NCBI GenBank assembly: GCA_963804995.1
Contig: CAWDSK010000004.1
Span: forward strand, 128,001-192,000
DNA: 64,000 nucleotides
Origin: an uncultured Acidobacteriota bacterium
GTDB taxonomy: Bacteria; Acidobacteriota; Terriglobia; UBA7540
Direction of reading: 5' to 3'
Of this stretch, positions 61,749 to 64,000 are shown one piece after another. Numbering within the stretch: position 1 is the stretch's first letter; each line of letters starts with the position of its first letter. The position numbers were made by a program, and so were the translations under genes. The notes beneath the pieces are model-generated. The model searched no databases, was not told where the DNA came from, and saw only the letters and a program-made list of their open reading frames with translations.

Positions 61749-63661
61749 GTTGCGGTAGGGATACCGGTTACCCGGTACCCCCCGCACGGATCCGTACGTG
61801 CGCTGGTTAGCGCATACGGCTCTTATCTCGGATGTGTGGCGGCGAACCGTTGGGATGGCCAAGGATGCACAACGTGCGGAGCAGGCAACCAGCAGGCCGC
61901 AAGCTTCCCCAGTCGGTCCCAGTTGAGGCGGTGGCGTTGACTGCGTTGACGCAGTTGTGTTCGCCACAGTCGGGTCAACCGTTCCCGAAAGATTCGCAGG
62001 CGGTTGAGGTTTCCCGGTACCGCGTGATAGTTGAAGTAGCCTTGCACGACCGACCGGAGCCATTTACCCGTATCCGCGATGGGATCGTGCCGACGCTGCC
62101 GGAGTTGTTGCTTGAGTTCCTGCAACTTCCCCCGCAGGCGCTTGCTGATCGTCTTCCGCTTCACGGTAAATTGCCCCCTCCGGTTCTTCCCGCTGATATG
62201 CGTGAAGCCCAGAAAGTCGAACGTCTCCGGCTTACCTTCTCCTCTCCGTTTCCGGTAAAGTTCGGCAAACGGCCCGAACTCGATCCGGCGCGTTTTGTCA
62301 GGATGCAGTTCCAATCCAAACTTCCCCACCCGCTCCCGGAAATCCTCCAGAAAGCGGTCGGCTTCCGTCTGCGATTGGAATCCAAGGACCGTATCGTCGG
62401 CATACCGCACCACGACCACGTCTCCCCGGGCGTGCTTCTTGCGCCACGCCTGCACCCACAGGTCAAAGACGTAGTGCAGATAGATATTCGCCAGCAGGGG
62501 CGAGACCACCGCCCCTTGTGGCGTACCCATCTCCGTCTCCGACCATTCGCCTTCCTCCCTCACCCCGGCTTTCAGCCATTTCTGGATGAGCCGGAGAATC
62601 CGGGGGTCGGCGACGCGATGCTGCACGAACTTGAGCATCCATTCGTGGGATATCGAATCGAAAAATCCACGAATGTCCGCGTCAAGAACGTAGTTCACGT
62701 GCTTCACCGTGAGCGCGTACGAGAGCGCGTCCAGCGCTTGATGCTGGCTGCGTCCCGGTCGAAAGCCATACGAGAAGCCCAGAAAGTCTTCCTCGTAAAT
62801 CGCATTGAGGATGGTGACCACGGCCTGTTGGACGATCTTGTCCTCCAGTGCCGCAACCCCCAACGGACGTTGCCGCCCGTCGCCTTTCGGGATATACGCC
62901 CTTCGCGAGGGCTTCGCTCGGAATGCTCCGCGGTGGACCCGGCTGTGCAGATCGACGAGTCGACCTTCCAGCCCGCTTTCATACTCCTGCCACGTCATGC
63001 CGTCTACTCCCGGTGCAGCTTTTCGCTTCAAGGCGTAAAAGCTTTCCCGCAGCAGATCGACCGTTAAGTGGTGGAGCAAGGCCGTGAACTTCATCTCCCT
63101 GTGTTCCTTCGCGGCTTTCCGCACACCCGCGAGTCCCTGGGACACGCGTGCCCCGCTCTGTGTCGGGTGCGTGTTAGGCCAACGGGTGTTCTCCTTGATC
63201 AGCGGCCTTCCCTCCTCATTCTCCGCCAACGGCTTCCCGTCTTTGTTCAAATGATTCATCGGTACTGTTCCGCTGTCCGACTCCTCGAAAGCGTGCAGGC
63301 GGGCTGTACGGCCATCGCCTTTTCCCGCCGTCCGGCCACGATCTACGGCGGCCGGCGCCTCCGAGGTCTCCCGGTTCTCGTGCAGAAAGTGTCTAGGCGT
63401 GTCTGGGGTCTACGACTACGCAGGACTGTGCCGGAACTCGCGTTGGCGTCCCGGCCTCATGTTGCCTTCCGTTTAGTCTGAAAACGTCGGCGTCCTGATT
63501 GGACATTTTCGAAGCTCAATACCCAGCCCACCTATTCCCCTGTTTACGCTTCACCGTGCGCCTCACGACGCCCAGCGCAAAACTCGGGGCCGAGTGGATC
63601 GCTACTCCTTCCTCGTGAGAAATTTTCATTCTCTGCTTTCTGCCGGTTTATCCCGGCGCAC
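61749..63661 (-). mobile_element. Group II intron (1913 nt) inserted in a family-B REP element
   Basis: 5' GTGCG; domain V GAGCCGTATGCG...CGCACGTACGGATC; 3' CCCTACCGCAAC; flanks rejoin as TCGTAGCG|CAGACCTCC, identical to the copy at 59455. Confidence 0.93.
61823..63259 (-). CDS. ltrA: Group II intron reverse transcriptase/maturase
   Basis: FTALLHH, APGVDG, LDADIRGFFD, PQGAVVSPLLAN, YADD, GYFNYH. Confidence 0.95.
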   Translation of the reverse strand: MNHLNKDGKPLAENEEGRPLIKENTRWPNTHPTQSGARVSQGLAGVRKAAKEHREMKFTALLHHLTVDLLRESFYALKRKAAPGVDGMTWQEYESGLEGRLVDLHSRVHRGAFRAKPSRRAYIPKGDGRQRPLGVAALEDKIVQQAVVTILNAIYEEDFLGFSYGFRPGRSQHQALDALSYALTVKHVNYVLDADIRGFFDSISHEWMLKFVQHRVADPRILRLIQKWLKAGVREEGEWSETEMGTPQGAVVSPLLANIYLHYVFDLWVQAWRKKHARGDVVVVRYADDTVLGFQSQTEADRFLEDFRERVGKFGLELHPDKTRRIEFGPFAELYRKRRGEGKPETFDFLGFTHISGKNRRGQFTVKRKTISKRLRGKLQELKQQLRQRRHDPIADTGKWLRSVVQGYFNYHAVPGNLNRLRIFRERLTRLWRTQLRQRSQRHRLNWDRLGKLAACWLPAPHVVHPWPSQRFAATHPR

Positions 63662-63855
63662 CAGACCTCCGCCGTTGAGGTCTGCGGCTCTACGTCTGCC
63701 AACTAAGCGAATGTATCGTGGCAAGGAACGAGGCGTTGTGCAGCTTTGCGAATGAAGAACCGCGGACCCCAAAACCGGGGGACCGCGCTACGGAACACTT
63801 CCGCACAATCCGTCCTCACAACCCACTATGGCAGGGAGTAAGCGCTGGGCGATCC

Positions 63856-64000
63856 TCAGGCATCGCAGCCGGCAAATTGAAAGGCAGTGTCATCTGCGGG
63901 TGGCGCGCCCCCGCCGGCATTTCTCCCCGGCTGCCCTCCAGGCCGTAGCGTCGCCGGACGTCCGCCAGCAATTTCGTCATCTGTTCTTTGTACTCACCCT
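63856..64000 (-). CDS. C-terminal end of a gene entering from outside the window
   Basis: Open frame GEYKEQMTKLLADVRRRYGL...QMTLPF..* ending at 63856. Confidence 0.4.

Noticed and set aside
61832..63067. 411-aa plus-strand ORF
   Set aside because: Antisense shadow of the intron RT.
32490..63259. Retron, DGR or defence-type RT systems
   Set aside because: Both RTs have domain X, domain V/VI RNA and precise exon junctions, so they are group II introns; no template/variable repeat pair seen.

Overview
High-GC bacterial chromosome segment. The gene content and repeat style suggest Acidobacteria (Terriglobia-like), probably from a metagenome assembly, since three single-base frameshifts fall within 2 kb of core genes. 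Core and housekeeping genes include cutA, ftsB, thiG, a lytic transglycosylase, an amiC-like amidase, pyrB, MoxR/DUF58/transglutaminase and a peroxiredoxin. They are interleaved with many mobile features: (1) a 14.8-kb phage-satellite-like island in tRNA-Thr(CGT) with a 51-bp att duplication, two tyrosine recombinases, a replication operon, DUF5131/TcmP, two candidate sRNAs and ten copies of an island-specific 17-bp palindrome (TTTCCRAAWTTYGGAAA) that bracket the cargo genes; (2) three toxin-antitoxin loci separated by REP-like hairpins, one with higB split in frame by a sense-strand group II intron; (3) IS1182, IS5 and an IS701-like element with a 19-bp target duplication; (4) a second group II intron inserted into a multicopy REP-like element; (5) two AT-rich arrays of spaced repeats attached to the 3' end of one uncharacterised gene family; (6) several REP/MITE families, some nested in frame inside a gene. 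No CRISPR array or rRNA gene was seen. All family assignments are motif recognition from memory, not database searches.
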